Origin: an uncultured Spirochaetota bacterium
GTDB lineage: Bacteria > Spirochaetota > Brevinematia > Brevinematales > JAOACQ01
Assembly (NCBI GenBank): GCA_963783575.1
Contig: CAWAOD010000013.1
Location: 160,001 to 224,000 of the forward strand
Reading direction: 5' to 3'
DNA: 64,000 nt
Position 1 is the stretch's first letter. Each line of letters opens with the position of its first letter. Positions 53,113 to 62,520 of the stretch are shown one piece after another. A program made the translations under genes and the position numbers. The notes beneath the pieces are model-generated. The model was not told the origin of the DNA. It saw only the letters and a program-made list of their open reading frames with translations, and searched no databases.

Positions 53113-53724
53113 ATGAGTACAAATAAAATTCAAACAGTTGGATTGAAACCTGAAGGAATCAAAGGACGAATTGCTGGTATAATAATGAATTTTATACATA
53201 ATAAACAATATAAAAATATTATCAATAAGTACATAATTGATATAATTGACTCAAAAAATCAGGCATCAATACTTGATATTGGATGTGGAGGAGGAAAATT
53301 AATAAATATTCTTTATACAATGTTACAAAATTCAAAAATCTATGGAATTGATCATTCAATTGATATGGTTAATCTTTCAAAAAAAATAAATAAGAAAGGA
53401 ATTGTAGATGGAGCAGTTGAAATTATACAAGGTGATGTTAATAAGCTACCATTCTCTGATAAATTTTTTAACATTATAACTGCTTTTGACACTATAAATT
53501 TTTGGAAAGATTTAGATATTTCTTTAATGGAAATTAAACGAGTTTTGAAACAAAATGGTATTCTTTTTATAGTTAATGGCTACCCGAAAGCAGGAACAAA
53601 ATGGTATGATTTTGTAAAATTTAAAAGTGATGATGAATATAGAGATTTTTTGACTGAGAATGGTTTTAAAGAAATAAATATAGTTATTGAAAATAATACT
53701 ATTATAATACAGGCATTGAAGTGA
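53113..53724 (+). CDS. Cassette gene: class I SAM-dependent methyltransferase
   Basis: ILDIGCGGG, GIDHS, LPF.D..F, RVLK.NG. Confidence 0.9.
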   Translation: MSTNKIQTVGLKPEGIKGRIAGIIMNFIHNKQYKNIINKYIIDIIDSKNQASILDIGCGGGKLINILYTMLQNSKIYGIDHSIDMVNLSKKINKKGIVDGAVEIIQGDVNKLPFSDKFFNIITAFDTINFWKDLDISLMEIKRVLKQNGILFIVNGYPKAGTKWYDFVKFKSDDEYRDFLTENGFKEINIVIENNTIIIQALK

Positions 53725-53744
53725 AACATTTGCAAGGTTACTTC

Positions 53745-54033
53745 GTACAACGGCATTATATGAAAAGTTAATTTCAAGTAATAATCCTCCCTTTCCAAAC
53801 AGTCCTGTTTGGTTTTTGCCCTCAAGCGGGAGGAGAGACGCGGGGCGTGTTGAAGGAGAAGGCGGGATGGTCAGTGTCAAGTAACCCACAGGGGCCGAAG
53901 GCACCGCACGACCCCAGGCAATGTTAGGGCTTCGACAGTTTTGGTTTTTTTCCTGATTTGGCATGTTTCCCACACTTTCGCTTTCCACGACAAATTTAGA
54001 TGTTTTACGAAGGTCATATATAACGAGTTGGAC
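53745..54033 (+). repeat. attC-like repeat, type A, with an extended composite right part
   Basis: GTACAAC + type A core to ~53870, then a segment similar to 50423-50458, ending GTTGGAC. Confidence 0.7.
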
Positions 54034-54074
54034 GAAATGTCCTGCCGGCTTTTAATTTATAAATAAGAAACAGC

Positions 54075-54120
54075 TTGACATATAACATTATTAATAGTAC
54101 TATATATAATACTATTAATA
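54075..54120 (+). promoter_or_regulatory. TA promoter and operator
   Basis: TTGACA-17-TACTAT overlapped by a perfect inverted repeat TATTAATAGTA-N10-TACTATTAATA. Confidence 0.7.
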
Positions 54121-54133
54121 AGGAGATTATTTT

Positions 54134-54391
54134 ATGGTTCATACTATTACAGCGAATGATCTTAAAACAAAAGGGGTCAATGCCATCGATGAAGCAACAC
54201 ATGAAGGAAGCGAAGCATTTATATCAATCCGAGGTAAAAATAAATTTGTTGTTTTATCTCTGGATAAATACAACTACTTAAGAGAATGCGAATTGGAAGC
54301 CGCATTATTTGAGGCAAGAAAAGATATAAAAAATGACAAATTCTTTATAGAATCCGTTGATGATCATATCAAGAGAATTAAAAATGCCTAA
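54134..54391 (+). CDS. Phd/YefM-family antitoxin
   Basis: TITANDLK.KG...I..RGK.K.VV pattern; overlaps the toxin start. Confidence 0.85.
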   Translation: MVHTITANDLKTKGVNAIDEATHEGSEAFISIRGKNKFVVLSLDKYNYLRECELEAALFEARKDIKNDKFFIESVDDHIKRIKNA

Positions 54392-54656
54392 GATTTTTTA
54401 TACTGAAAGTTATAATAAAAGAGCTTCAAAATTTATAAAAAAATATCCTGAATTAATTGGACAATATGAAAAAACATTAAACCTAATGGAAATTGATCCA
54501 AATCATCCTTCATTAAGATTACATAAACTAAAAGGAAAATTGTCTGAATTATATTCAATTTCTATAAATATTTCTTATCGAATCACAATTGATTTTATAA
54601 TAGAGAACGGCATCATTATTCCGATTGATGTTGGATCTCACGACGATGTGTATTAA
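54384..54656 (+). CDS. RelE-superfamily toxin (YafQ/plasmid-stabilisation-like)
   Basis: P.HPSLRLHKLKG, SI.ISYRI, DVGSHDDVY; ATG 54384. Confidence 0.88.
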   Translation: MPKIFYTESYNKRASKFIKKYPELIGQYEKTLNLMEIDPNHPSLRLHKLKGKLSELYSISINISYRITIDFIIENGIIIPIDVGSHDDVY

Positions 54657-54850
54657 TTAAATAGGCAATCCGCAGCGCCTGGCAGGCTTCTAACGTTGCA
54701 ATACTGTGTAGCCCCAGGCGATAGTTGAAAAGCGGAAAATATTTTCGGTGTTAACAATTAACTTTTTGGTATAGTAATAAAAAGATAATTTATACAAATT
54801 TTTGCAAATATTATTCATGCGGCTTAGCTGGCATTTCTTTATTTTGTCTT

Positions 54851-55744
54851 TTATATATAATAAATCTCACGATTCTTTCTGGCCGGAACGAAATGATATT
54901 CGACCGCCGGATAACCGATGATAAGGGCATTGTAAACAGCCATTTTCTCAGGTATCCTTACTATCTTATTGATCGCCGGGTAAAGTCCTGAAAACATTGC
55001 ACTGATAGTGCCTGAGTAGCACGTGCCGAGTCCTATCGAAGGAGCCATTAAAGCAACCGTCTGAGCGGCAAGGTCAGCATCGGTCTTAGCCATAAATTCA
55101 TGCTGTGGCCCGAGGAAGAGGAGAAGACAAGGAGCATGAAATAGCACCGGATCCATTCCCTTCTCAAAGGCCTCGGCTTGTTTATCGTATACCCGCCCTA
55201 ACTCAGAGAACATGAAATAAGTTTCCTTGCCTAGGACTTTCTTCATTATTAATGAAAAAGGGAAACTATTGATCTGCTTCGACATTTTTTTCGACATTTT
55301 CATCCCTATTTCTGTGAGTTTTTTTAAAATCTCAGGTGACCATATGACAATAACGTCAATATATTGTTTATTATGACCTGTCGGCGAATACTTAACCGCC
55401 TCGACCAGTTTATAAATGTCCTCCTGTTTTACAGGCATTTCTTTATAGGATCTGACTGAACGCCGGGCCATTATCAGATTTAATGCTGCTTCTGAATCGG
55501 GGATAGAGGAAGCCCTTCCTGTTAAGGCTATGTTGCCTACCGTTATTGCTCCCTCTGGACAGGAGGCAGCGCAGTTGTTGCACTGGAAGCAAAGACGCCT
55601 AACTATCTCATTTTCTAGATTGTCAAGCCCTGCCGCCCGGGTAATAGGACAGACCAGCAGGCATTTATTACAATTAATGCACTTCCCACTGTCGATAGAT
55701 AATTTAATAACATTCCCGCGTGGCATTTTTTCATTCTTTTTCAT
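54851..55744 (-). CDS. Nitroreductase with 4Fe-4S ferredoxin domain
   Basis: Two CxxCxxCxxxCP motifs, RRSVRSY, SPTGHN, GLGTC, IGYP; AGGAGG before ATG 55744. Confidence 0.88.
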   Translation of the reverse strand: MKKNEKMPRGNVIKLSIDSGKCINCNKCLLVCPITRAAGLDNLENEIVRRLCFQCNNCAASCPEGAITVGNIALTGRASSIPDSEAALNLIMARRSVRSYKEMPVKQEDIYKLVEAVKYSPTGHNKQYIDVIVIWSPEILKKLTEIGMKMSKKMSKQINSFPFSLIMKKVLGKETYFMFSELGRVYDKQAEAFEKGMDPVLFHAPCLLLFLGPQHEFMAKTDADLAAQTVALMAPSIGLGTCYSGTISAMFSGLYPAINKIVRIPEKMAVYNALIIGYPAVEYHFVPARKNREIYYI

Positions 55745-56151
55745 TATCAAACCTCCTATCTGAATATTTAAAAATCCCAATTTTTGTTATATATACTTAA
55801 AAATATAGGTTTAAAAATTAAGCTTTTTCGTAAGTATGCGATTTATTTATCGTTTATTTTTTTCCGGCTGATATCGAATTGTTTTTATCAAAGGCTATTG
55901 ATAAGGCTGTTCTTCATTAATATCACCTTTATAACTTTTAATAAATGCAACATCTCCAACATCAACAGCCTCAAATAAAGTTTTCATATTGATTATTTCC
56001 CTTTCACTATTTTTTAATCCTGAAAAATAATAAGATATTAATTTTAGAATAAAGTATTGAAAAAATCATGAAAAGTGATTTATTATTTTATTAACCAATG
56101 GAAAATTCCAATTTATGAAAATGATAATGCTGATACATTAAGTCAAAGAGT

Positions 56152-56232
56152 CCTTAAGCGGGAGTAGAGAAGCGGGGCGGGTTTGAAGGAGAAGGCGGAG
56201 GGTGGGTTTGGGTAGCTTGTTTATTTCGAAAT
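56152..56232 (+). repeat. Right-half remnant of a type A attC-like repeat
   Basis: ccttaagcgggag...gtttgaaggagaagg...tttgggtag...tatttcga; left arm missing. Confidence 0.75.
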
Positions 56233-56247
56233 ATGCCATATTCCCCA

Positions 56248-56370
56248 TGTGTTAGGATAGTTGTCGCCTAAAATATTAGGGGATAAAAAATGAATAGTCA
56301 AATCCATTCTGAGGAATTCAGGAAAGTTATTGTCCAAAAAATTAGTATGCCTGGCGGGAAAACAGAAGCA
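56248..56370 (+). mobile_element. Possible IS3-family left-end remnant
   Basis: TGT.. end, then RBS and MNSQIHSEEFRKVIVQKISMPGGK resembling an IS3 OrfA N-terminus; breaks off. Confidence 0.45.
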
Positions 56371-56692
56371 GAATTGAACCAGAAGCCTTTTATAAAAGGA
56401 GTATTTATCATATTGTCAATTATTACCTCTAAATTAATTGCTGCGGGATGCTCGTCGAATAAACAAAAAAGCTTCTGATCCCTGCCGGGAGATTAATAAA
56501 AAGCGGAAATACTGTTAATATTTCACCGGATACAAAATCATTTACACCTGAAATATAGGAGGATCTTCGGAAAAACCATTCTTGCTTTCTTGGGAACCAA
56601 CATCAGGATTCCGGTAACAAGTTGGGTCAGAATCATCAACCCATTATAGCAACTGGTATCCAAATTACCTTTATTCCATCCATTAAACAAAA

Positions 56693-56741
56693 ACGGGCGA
56701 ACCCGAGGGCCGCAGCCCAAAGCGTATATCCGCGGTTGTAC
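56693..56741 (-). repeat. Left-arm remnant of a type B attC-like site on the minus strand
   Basis: Minus strand GTACAAC followed by ggctgcggccctcgggttcgcccgtt, nearly identical to 47639-47664 (+). Confidence 0.65.
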
Positions 56742-56802
56742 GAAAGGCTTGGCAATTGATTAATGATAACTTTATATTTACTTTTTTTATTTTTTGTGGA
56801 TT

Positions 56803-57354
56803 TTACATAAGTGAAGGAACCATTCCCTTTTTAGTATGTTTTATATAAGCTTTCTGATAATTATTTGTTATGTTATTTATTAATAACATAACCTCCAATT
56901 GTACATTTATTATTTCATTTTCCTTTTTTTCAATTATTCCTTCTTGATTATTGATATAAAATCTATATTCTAAAGATTGTTTAGTATTTGTAAAAAAATA
57001 TGGTAATAATTTATTATCATAAGAATTATTAGTTTCAGTTATATCATTCCCTTTATAAATATTTTTAATGTTGATAGATTGAATAATAAACTCATTTGTT
57101 GATTTACTTTCTATTTTAATAATATTATTAAATCCAAATCCAAGATCATCATCATCAGCAATATATATTTTGTAATAATCATTGTTAGCTATATCTCTAT
57201 CAGTATCAGATAAATCTGTTACTAAAAAATAAGCTTCAGTCATAAAAGGTTCTTTGGATGGACAAGATGATAAACATGAAATCATAAATATTGATAATAA
57301 AATGAGAAAAAAATAATATTTAAAAATAAAAATTTTAGCCATAATATACTCCAA
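56803..57354 (-). CDS. Hypothetical lipoprotein (cassette gene)
   Basis: Signal peptide with a lipobox-like FMISC; very AT-rich. Confidence 0.65.
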   Translation of the reverse strand: MEYIMAKIFIFKYYFFLILLSIFMISCLSSCPSKEPFMTEAYFLVTDLSDTDRDIANNDYYKIYIADDDDLGFGFNNIIKIESKSTNEFIIQSINIKNIYKGNDITETNNSYDNKLLPYFFTNTKQSLEYRFYINNQEGIIEKKENEIINVQLEVMLLINNITNNYQKAYIKHTKKGMVPSLM

Positions 57355-57399
57355 CTTTTTATAAATTAGAAAAATACAGCCACGAATGGCGGTGTTAAT

Positions 57400-58434
57400 T
57401 TATAAATTATTTATCCAATTTAAATATTCCCCTGATTCATTCTTGTTTAAAATATTAGTTACTTTTTTGTATGAACTTGTATCATTTATTTTTTTGAATA
57501 AAATAGGGGATAATTTAACAATATAATCAGATGAATTAATATTTTCAAAAATATATCTCTTTAAACCATCAATATGAGAAATATAGGCATCCCCTTTGTA
57601 GTCAATCGAAGCTATAATGCCTTTAATATACATTATTTTTATGCAATTGTTATTATTATCATTATCCCATAAAGTTTTATACAATTGAAGAATATCTTTT
57701 TCACCCCATAAACCTTCCTTTGAAACAATTTTATTCTGAATTAACGTTTGCATTAATAATTGACCAAGACCATCTAAATAATATGGTACAACATTATTTT
57801 GAGGTCTTTGATAAATGTTAACTAAATCAATAGTCTTGCATTTTGCTAATTTTATAAATTTTACAATTAATAAATCAGATGCAATTGCTCCTGCTTCAGG
57901 TGTACTTTTTCCTAATGTTTTATATTCAACAATTAGTTTTTCTATTTTATTTTTTGTCTCAAAAACATAGATTTTAATTACAGTTTGTAGATTTAAATAA
58001 TTCTTTTCAACTGTTCCAGTTATTATATAATCATACCTATTTTTAAGTTGATCATTTAATTCAATTCCACTCGTTCTTTTTGCGCTTACAATTGGACCAA
58101 TATTTTTTACACAAAAAACATAATTCACTGGTTCAATATCAGATTCTATAAAAAGTCGCTCAAATATATATAAAGGTATTGATCGAGAAGTCCTGCCAAT
58201 ATCGTCCTCTCTTTGTTGTGTTTCAACTTTTGGCATGTTCATTTGTTTAATACTAAAATCAAAAATAGCAACTTTACTATTTCTTTTGATATTTGGAAAT
58301 AACCAAGAAGCATCATTAAGGCCAAAAGCCCAAATAGGTTTATCAATTGGAATTGAAACGATATCATTAGAATTTAAAGCCCATAGTTGTACTGAAAACA
58401 ATAAAAATAAAGATATAAATAATTTGTGAATCAT
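57400..58434 (-). CDS. Hypothetical exported protein (cassette gene)
   Basis: Signal peptide ending LWA, AAGGA RBS, AT-rich. Confidence 0.7.
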   Translation of the reverse strand: MIHKLFISLFLLFSVQLWALNSNDIVSIPIDKPIWAFGLNDASWLFPNIKRNSKVAIFDFSIKQMNMPKVETQQREDDIGRTSRSIPLYIFERLFIESDIEPVNYVFCVKNIGPIVSAKRTSGIELNDQLKNRYDYIITGTVEKNYLNLQTVIKIYVFETKNKIEKLIVEYKTLGKSTPEAGAIASDLLIVKFIKLAKCKTIDLVNIYQRPQNNVVPYYLDGLGQLLMQTLIQNKIVSKEGLWGEKDILQLYKTLWDNDNNNNCIKIMYIKGIIASIDYKGDAYISHIDGLKRYIFENINSSDYIVKLSPILFKKINDTSSYKKVTNILNKNESGEYLNWINNL

Positions 58435-58517
58435 AAAATATCCTTTCCATTTATTTTTGTATCATCAAGCCCGCCAAGGAAGGCGGGCAAGAAAACAAAG
58501 TCCAAGCAGTTTATGGC

Positions 58518-58620
58518 GTACAACTCGATATATACGAAACAATTCGTATATTATTCTAAAAAATGTGTAATATACGAAACCTGCCGTATATTACTTTACT
58601 TTTAGTATATATTACGAAAC
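58518..58620 (-). promoter_or_regulatory. attI-like site with tandem inverted-repeat boxes
   Basis: Minus-strand GTTGTAC preceded by two ATATACG-N8-CGTATAT sites 40 bp apart and a third TACGAAAC. Confidence 0.5.
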
Positions 58621-59223
58621 TTAGTCTTGTTTTATAAAGTATCCAGTGGACATATAATATTCCTTAATACTTTATTACTGATATAAGTGTAAATCTTTGT
58701 ATTTTTAATGCTTTTAAACAATAGTTATTATTATATCATAAATCAGTTTTGTAATTTAAACATTATATTATAACATAGTTGATCCGGAATAGTATCACCC
58801 AAAAGGGGTGATATGGATAATCAAACTTTTAATGATTATAATGTTATACAATTATTAAACAGCAAAATCACTTAAAATCTGCCGGTCAACGGACATAAAT
58901 ATTTTTATTATAACATTTTAATTTATTGATTGTCAAGAATCATTTTGTAAATAGATATAACCTCTCTTCCACAAACAGTGGACTTTTGTAAATATTCAGA
59001 ACAGCCGGCCAATAACCAAAAAGAACTGTCAATTTCAGATTATTATTAATCATAAAATAATTTCCCGGCTGTTCTTCTCTACAAAATACACGAGATAGTA
59101 AAGCAGAGATGAAGTGTCCTTTTTGAGAGCGAATTGGAGGAGCGCCCAGCCGATCTGTATGGGAATAAAATTCCGTTTGAAACACGGATGTGAGTTAAAG
59201 GAGGGCAAAACCAAGTAACAACG

Positions 59224-59545
59224 GGAACAGGATGCTCCATGACATCCATCCAATAATTATGCAGCCAGCAGAGTGTCAGCTCGGCAGCGGCACGATGTCG
59301 CACAGCGGAGAAAGTCATTTCTGCAAGCACGTACGGCATCGTGTTAATTGGTAAACTAACGTTCGCCACTGCCTTATAAATAAAAATAAATCTCTCATGG
59401 TGCAGTCCGTACGCCCGTTGTTACTTGGTCTCTTAAAAAGAGGACTTTTCATAAAAGTCAGAAGGGGGACAAGGATGTCCCATGAGATTCTTTTAAATTT
59501 GAAAAATAAGCGCCGAACCCCGTTCGGCGAGTAACACGATGTTAC
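59224..59545. repeat. Cluster of three copies (E minus, F plus, G minus) of the three-hairpin repeat
   Basis: 59224-59301(-), 59333-59414(+, degenerate), 59466-59545(-: GTAAC-atcgt-GTTAC / CGCCGAAC..GTTCGGCG / ctcat-GGGAC-atcct-tGTCCC). Confidence 0.7.
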
Positions 59546-59700
59546 ATAGTGCAACGATTGCGCAAATGACCTGCCCCCTCGGTCGGAATTTCCCTTATAG
59601 TAAAAAGGAAAATTGTTTTGGTTTATTTATATATATAGAACATCCGAAAATAATTAATGTGAAATTATCATCGCTGCCATTGAAGGAAAAGGAGGTTTTC

Positions 59701-60513
59701 ATGCTTTTTCAAAAAGAAGTAATAATAGAATCGAGGAATTCATTTTTAAACTATTTTTCCGGTAAAATTGATTTTGCGGTAATTCTGGGCTCAGGCCTTT
59801 CTGAAATTATACAAAATTATGAGATAATAAAAGAAATAAAATTCGAGGATATAAAGCATTTGAAAACTTCTCATGTCGAAGGTCATAAAAACAAATTTGT
59901 GATAGTGAAATATGGAAATAAAAATATTCTGTTTATTGTTGGAAGAGTACATATGTACGAAGGCTATAGCGCTTTTGAAGTAAGCCTTGCCGCTGCATTA
60001 TCAGGAGAACTGGGAATTGAGAATATTATTCTTACAAATGCTGCCGGAGGTATAAACAAAAGTTTTTGCAGGGGAAACATAATGGCTATAACCGATCATA
60101 TTAATCTTCAAGGGGCAAGCCCGCTCGAAGGCATACCCGATTCTTCAAAATTCACGGATATGAGCAGGGCATACAATATTGACCTTGTTAAAGAGATGAA
60201 AAGTAAATTCGGGATTAAGTCAGGCATTTACATTGCTGTTCCGGGGCCGAATTATGAGACACCCTCCGAAATTAAATTCTTCCGCAGGGCAGGCGCCGAT
60301 GCCGTAGGAATGTCAACTGTAATGGAAGCGATAATGGCAAACTATTATAAGATGAAAGTTTACGGATTTTCCCTCATTACAAATATGGCGGCCGGTGTAC
60401 AGCAAAGCCTTTCGCATAGTGAAGTTGTAGAGGCCGGTAAAAAAGGCGGAAATGATTTACTGAATATTATAAATTTTATTATGGATTATGGTATATTTAA
60501 AAAAGGCGAATAA
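59701..60513 (+). CDS. punA: Purine-nucleoside phosphorylase (PNP I / xanthosine type)
   Basis: ILGSGL, VEGH, GRVHMYEG, LTNAAGG, GPNYETPSE, VGMSTV.E, ITN.AAG; AGGAGG before ATG 59701. Confidence 0.9.
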   Translation: MLFQKEVIIESRNSFLNYFSGKIDFAVILGSGLSEIIQNYEIIKEIKFEDIKHLKTSHVEGHKNKFVIVKYGNKNILFIVGRVHMYEGYSAFEVSLAAALSGELGIENIILTNAAGGINKSFCRGNIMAITDHINLQGASPLEGIPDSSKFTDMSRAYNIDLVKEMKSKFGIKSGIYIAVPGPNYETPSEIKFFRRAGADAVGMSTVMEAIMANYYKMKVYGFSLITNMAAGVQQSLSHSEVVEAGKKGGNDLLNIINFIMDYGIFKKGE

Positions 60514-60804
60514 ACTTAATTGAAGATTATTTTCGTGCTTAATTATAAGTTAATTATTAATTTACTGATAATTAATAATCAGTTCTTATAATAAGTTAAT
60601 ATATAATTGGATAGGCGAATAATCATAAGTCTTTCATTGCAATTAACTGACTTATTTATGTGTAATATCATTATAATTAACATAAAATATTGTCAATTAA
60701 TTTTATCAAATAATTTTTTTTTAATAAACTATTAAAAATATATTGCAAGATAAAAAATAATATTGTATAATTTAAATTATAAATAATGGAAGCGTACGAT
60801 AATT

Positions 60805-62520
60805 ATGAATTTTATTAAAGAATTATGGGAATCGATTGCTGGTAAAAAGATTAACAATACGCGTATTGTTCCTCTTACGACCAAGATAATTCTTATCTTT
60901 ACAATTTTCATACTTGTATCTAATCTCTCTTCAAATTACATCAATATGATGTTTAACCGCAAGGAACTGATCAATTCCATGAAACAGCTTCTTGTCAAGG
61001 ACTTAAAAGACCTTTACAATTTCTGCAATACCCAGTTCGATATTTATCAATATAATCAGGATTTGAAAACCGCTCTTCAAAATATAGAAAACAAGGCAAT
61101 CAGTGATTTTAAATATAAGAAATCGATAGGTCTTGGTATTAAGCCTGACGGAACCCTTCTTTTTGAGGCATCCGGTATAAAAAAATACGGAACTTTTACC
61201 GATACTTCCACTTTTGATTTGATTAAAAAGAATAAGCAAAATAATGTAGATAGCGGGATCATCCCGCTTGTCTTTAATAATGAATCCTATTTTGGCGTTT
61301 ATAAATATAATCCTAAGTGGGATATCTATATACTGAAAGCCGAGCAATTAAATGAGTTTTATGCTGATTCCTGGAGAGTTTTCAGGGATGTTTCCTTTAT
61401 CATAGTAGTGATGACGCTATTATTTTCTGTTGTAGGCATTTTTATTTTGCAGTATATTACCCGTTTTATTGGTGTTATAACAAGTGCTATTATCAAAATG
61501 AGCAGAAGTCAGTCTATGGATTTAATCGAACTTGGCAATGCCACAAATGATGAAATTACTTTCCTTGGGGTGGCTTTCAATTCACTGTCTAGCACTGTTA
61601 ATAATCTTCTCACTATCTTCAGAAAGTTTGTCAATAAGGATATCGCTAATAAAGCTTACCGGGAAAGGGAAGTAAGGCTTGAAGGTACCCAGAGAAATTT
61701 AACGATATTATTCTCCGATATCAAGAGTTTTACATATATGACGGAAACCTTAGGTACGGATATCATTAAGCTGCTTAATATACATTACGATAGGGCTATT
61801 CGTGAAATCATCAATCTGGACGGCGTAATAGGATCGATCATTGGGGATGCTTTACTGGCTGTTTTCGGTTCACTGGAAGAGTCAAAGGATAATAAATCGC
61901 ATCAATCCGTTTTATCCGCATATAAAATACAGGACGTTGCCGAATCCCTGCGATTTGAAATGCACAGGAGAAAAGAAGTTATTGTAAAGGAAAGGGGCGC
62001 TTTGTCCGATGAAGAGGACAAGGTTTATAAAGCAGTTTTGCTTGAAGTAGGCGTCGGTATTGACGGCGGCGATGTCTTTTACGGAAATATCGGTTCTTAT
62101 GAAAGAATGACGAATACCGTTATCGGCGATAATGTTAATTCGGCATCTCGTCTGGAAGGCCTTACAAGGATATATAAAGTTCCGGTTATCTGTTCGGATT
62201 TTGTTAAAAACGATATCGAACAAAATGTTAAAAACCATGGTTTTTATTTCCTGGAACTGGATATAGTGCAGGTTAAAGGAAAGACCGAAGGAAAAAGAAT
62301 ATTCTGGCCTATATTTGAAAAGAATATTTCCGAGAAGATGAAAATTGAGATTGACAGTTTCTCCTCGGGTTTACAGTATTATTATCAGGGCGATTGGAAG
62401 AAAGCCGCGGATATTTTAGAGGGTTGCTCGCTTCCGCTGGCAGATATTTTTAAGGAAAGAGTGAATAACAATAAATGTCCTAAGGATTGGAAAGGCATAT
62501 GGACAATGACAACAAAATAA
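60805..62520 (+). CDS. Membrane-bound class III adenylate/guanylate cyclase
   Basis: Two TM segments, HAMP-like linker, ILFSDIKSFT, IGDA, TVIGDNVN.ASRLE. Confidence 0.9.
   Translation: MNFIKELWESIAGKKINNTRIVPLTTKIILIFTIFILVSNLSSNYINMMFNRKELINSMKQLLVKDLKDLYNFCNTQFDIYQYNQDLKTALQNIENKAISDFKYKKSIGLGIKPDGTLLFEASGIKKYGTFTDTSTFDLIKKNKQNNVDSGIIPLVFNNESYFGVYKYNPKWDIYILKAEQLNEFYADSWRVFRDVSFIIVVMTLLFSVVGIFILQYITRFIGVITSAIIKMSRSQSMDLIELGNATNDEITFLGVAFNSLSSTVNNLLTIFRKFVNKDIANKAYREREVRLEGTQRNLTILFSDIKSFTYMTETLGTDIIKLLNIHYDRAIREIINLDGVIGSIIGDALLAVFGSLEESKDNKSHQSVLSAYKIQDVAESLRFEMHRRKEVIVKERGALSDEEDKVYKAVLLEVGVGIDGGDVFYGNIGSYERMTNTVIGDNVNSASRLEGLTRIYKVPVICSDFVKNDIEQNVKNHGFYFLELDIVQVKGKTEGKRIFWPIFEKNISEKMKIEIDSFSSGLQYYYQGDWKKAADILEGCSLPLADIFKERVNNNKCPKDWKGIWTMTTK

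Larger units (their letters stand above)
42555..58620. mobile_element. Integron-like gene-cassette island without integrase in the window (CALIN-like)
   Basis: AT-rich ORFs separated by repeated long imperfect hairpins starting at ..ACAAC and ending at GTT-like boxes; TA cassettes; cassette-specific complementary ends. Confidence 0.85.

Noticed and set aside
43459..56232. Repeats as a CRISPR array
   Set aside because: Repeats are about 150 bp and separated by whole genes; no cas genes.
58620..59220. Integron integrase expected next to the attI-like site
   Set aside because: No ORF with tyrosine-recombinase R-H-R-Y motifs here or anywhere in the ORF track.
60520..60800. Replication origin in the AT-rich intergenic region
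   Set aside because: No DnaA-box cluster seen and no dnaA/dnaN context.
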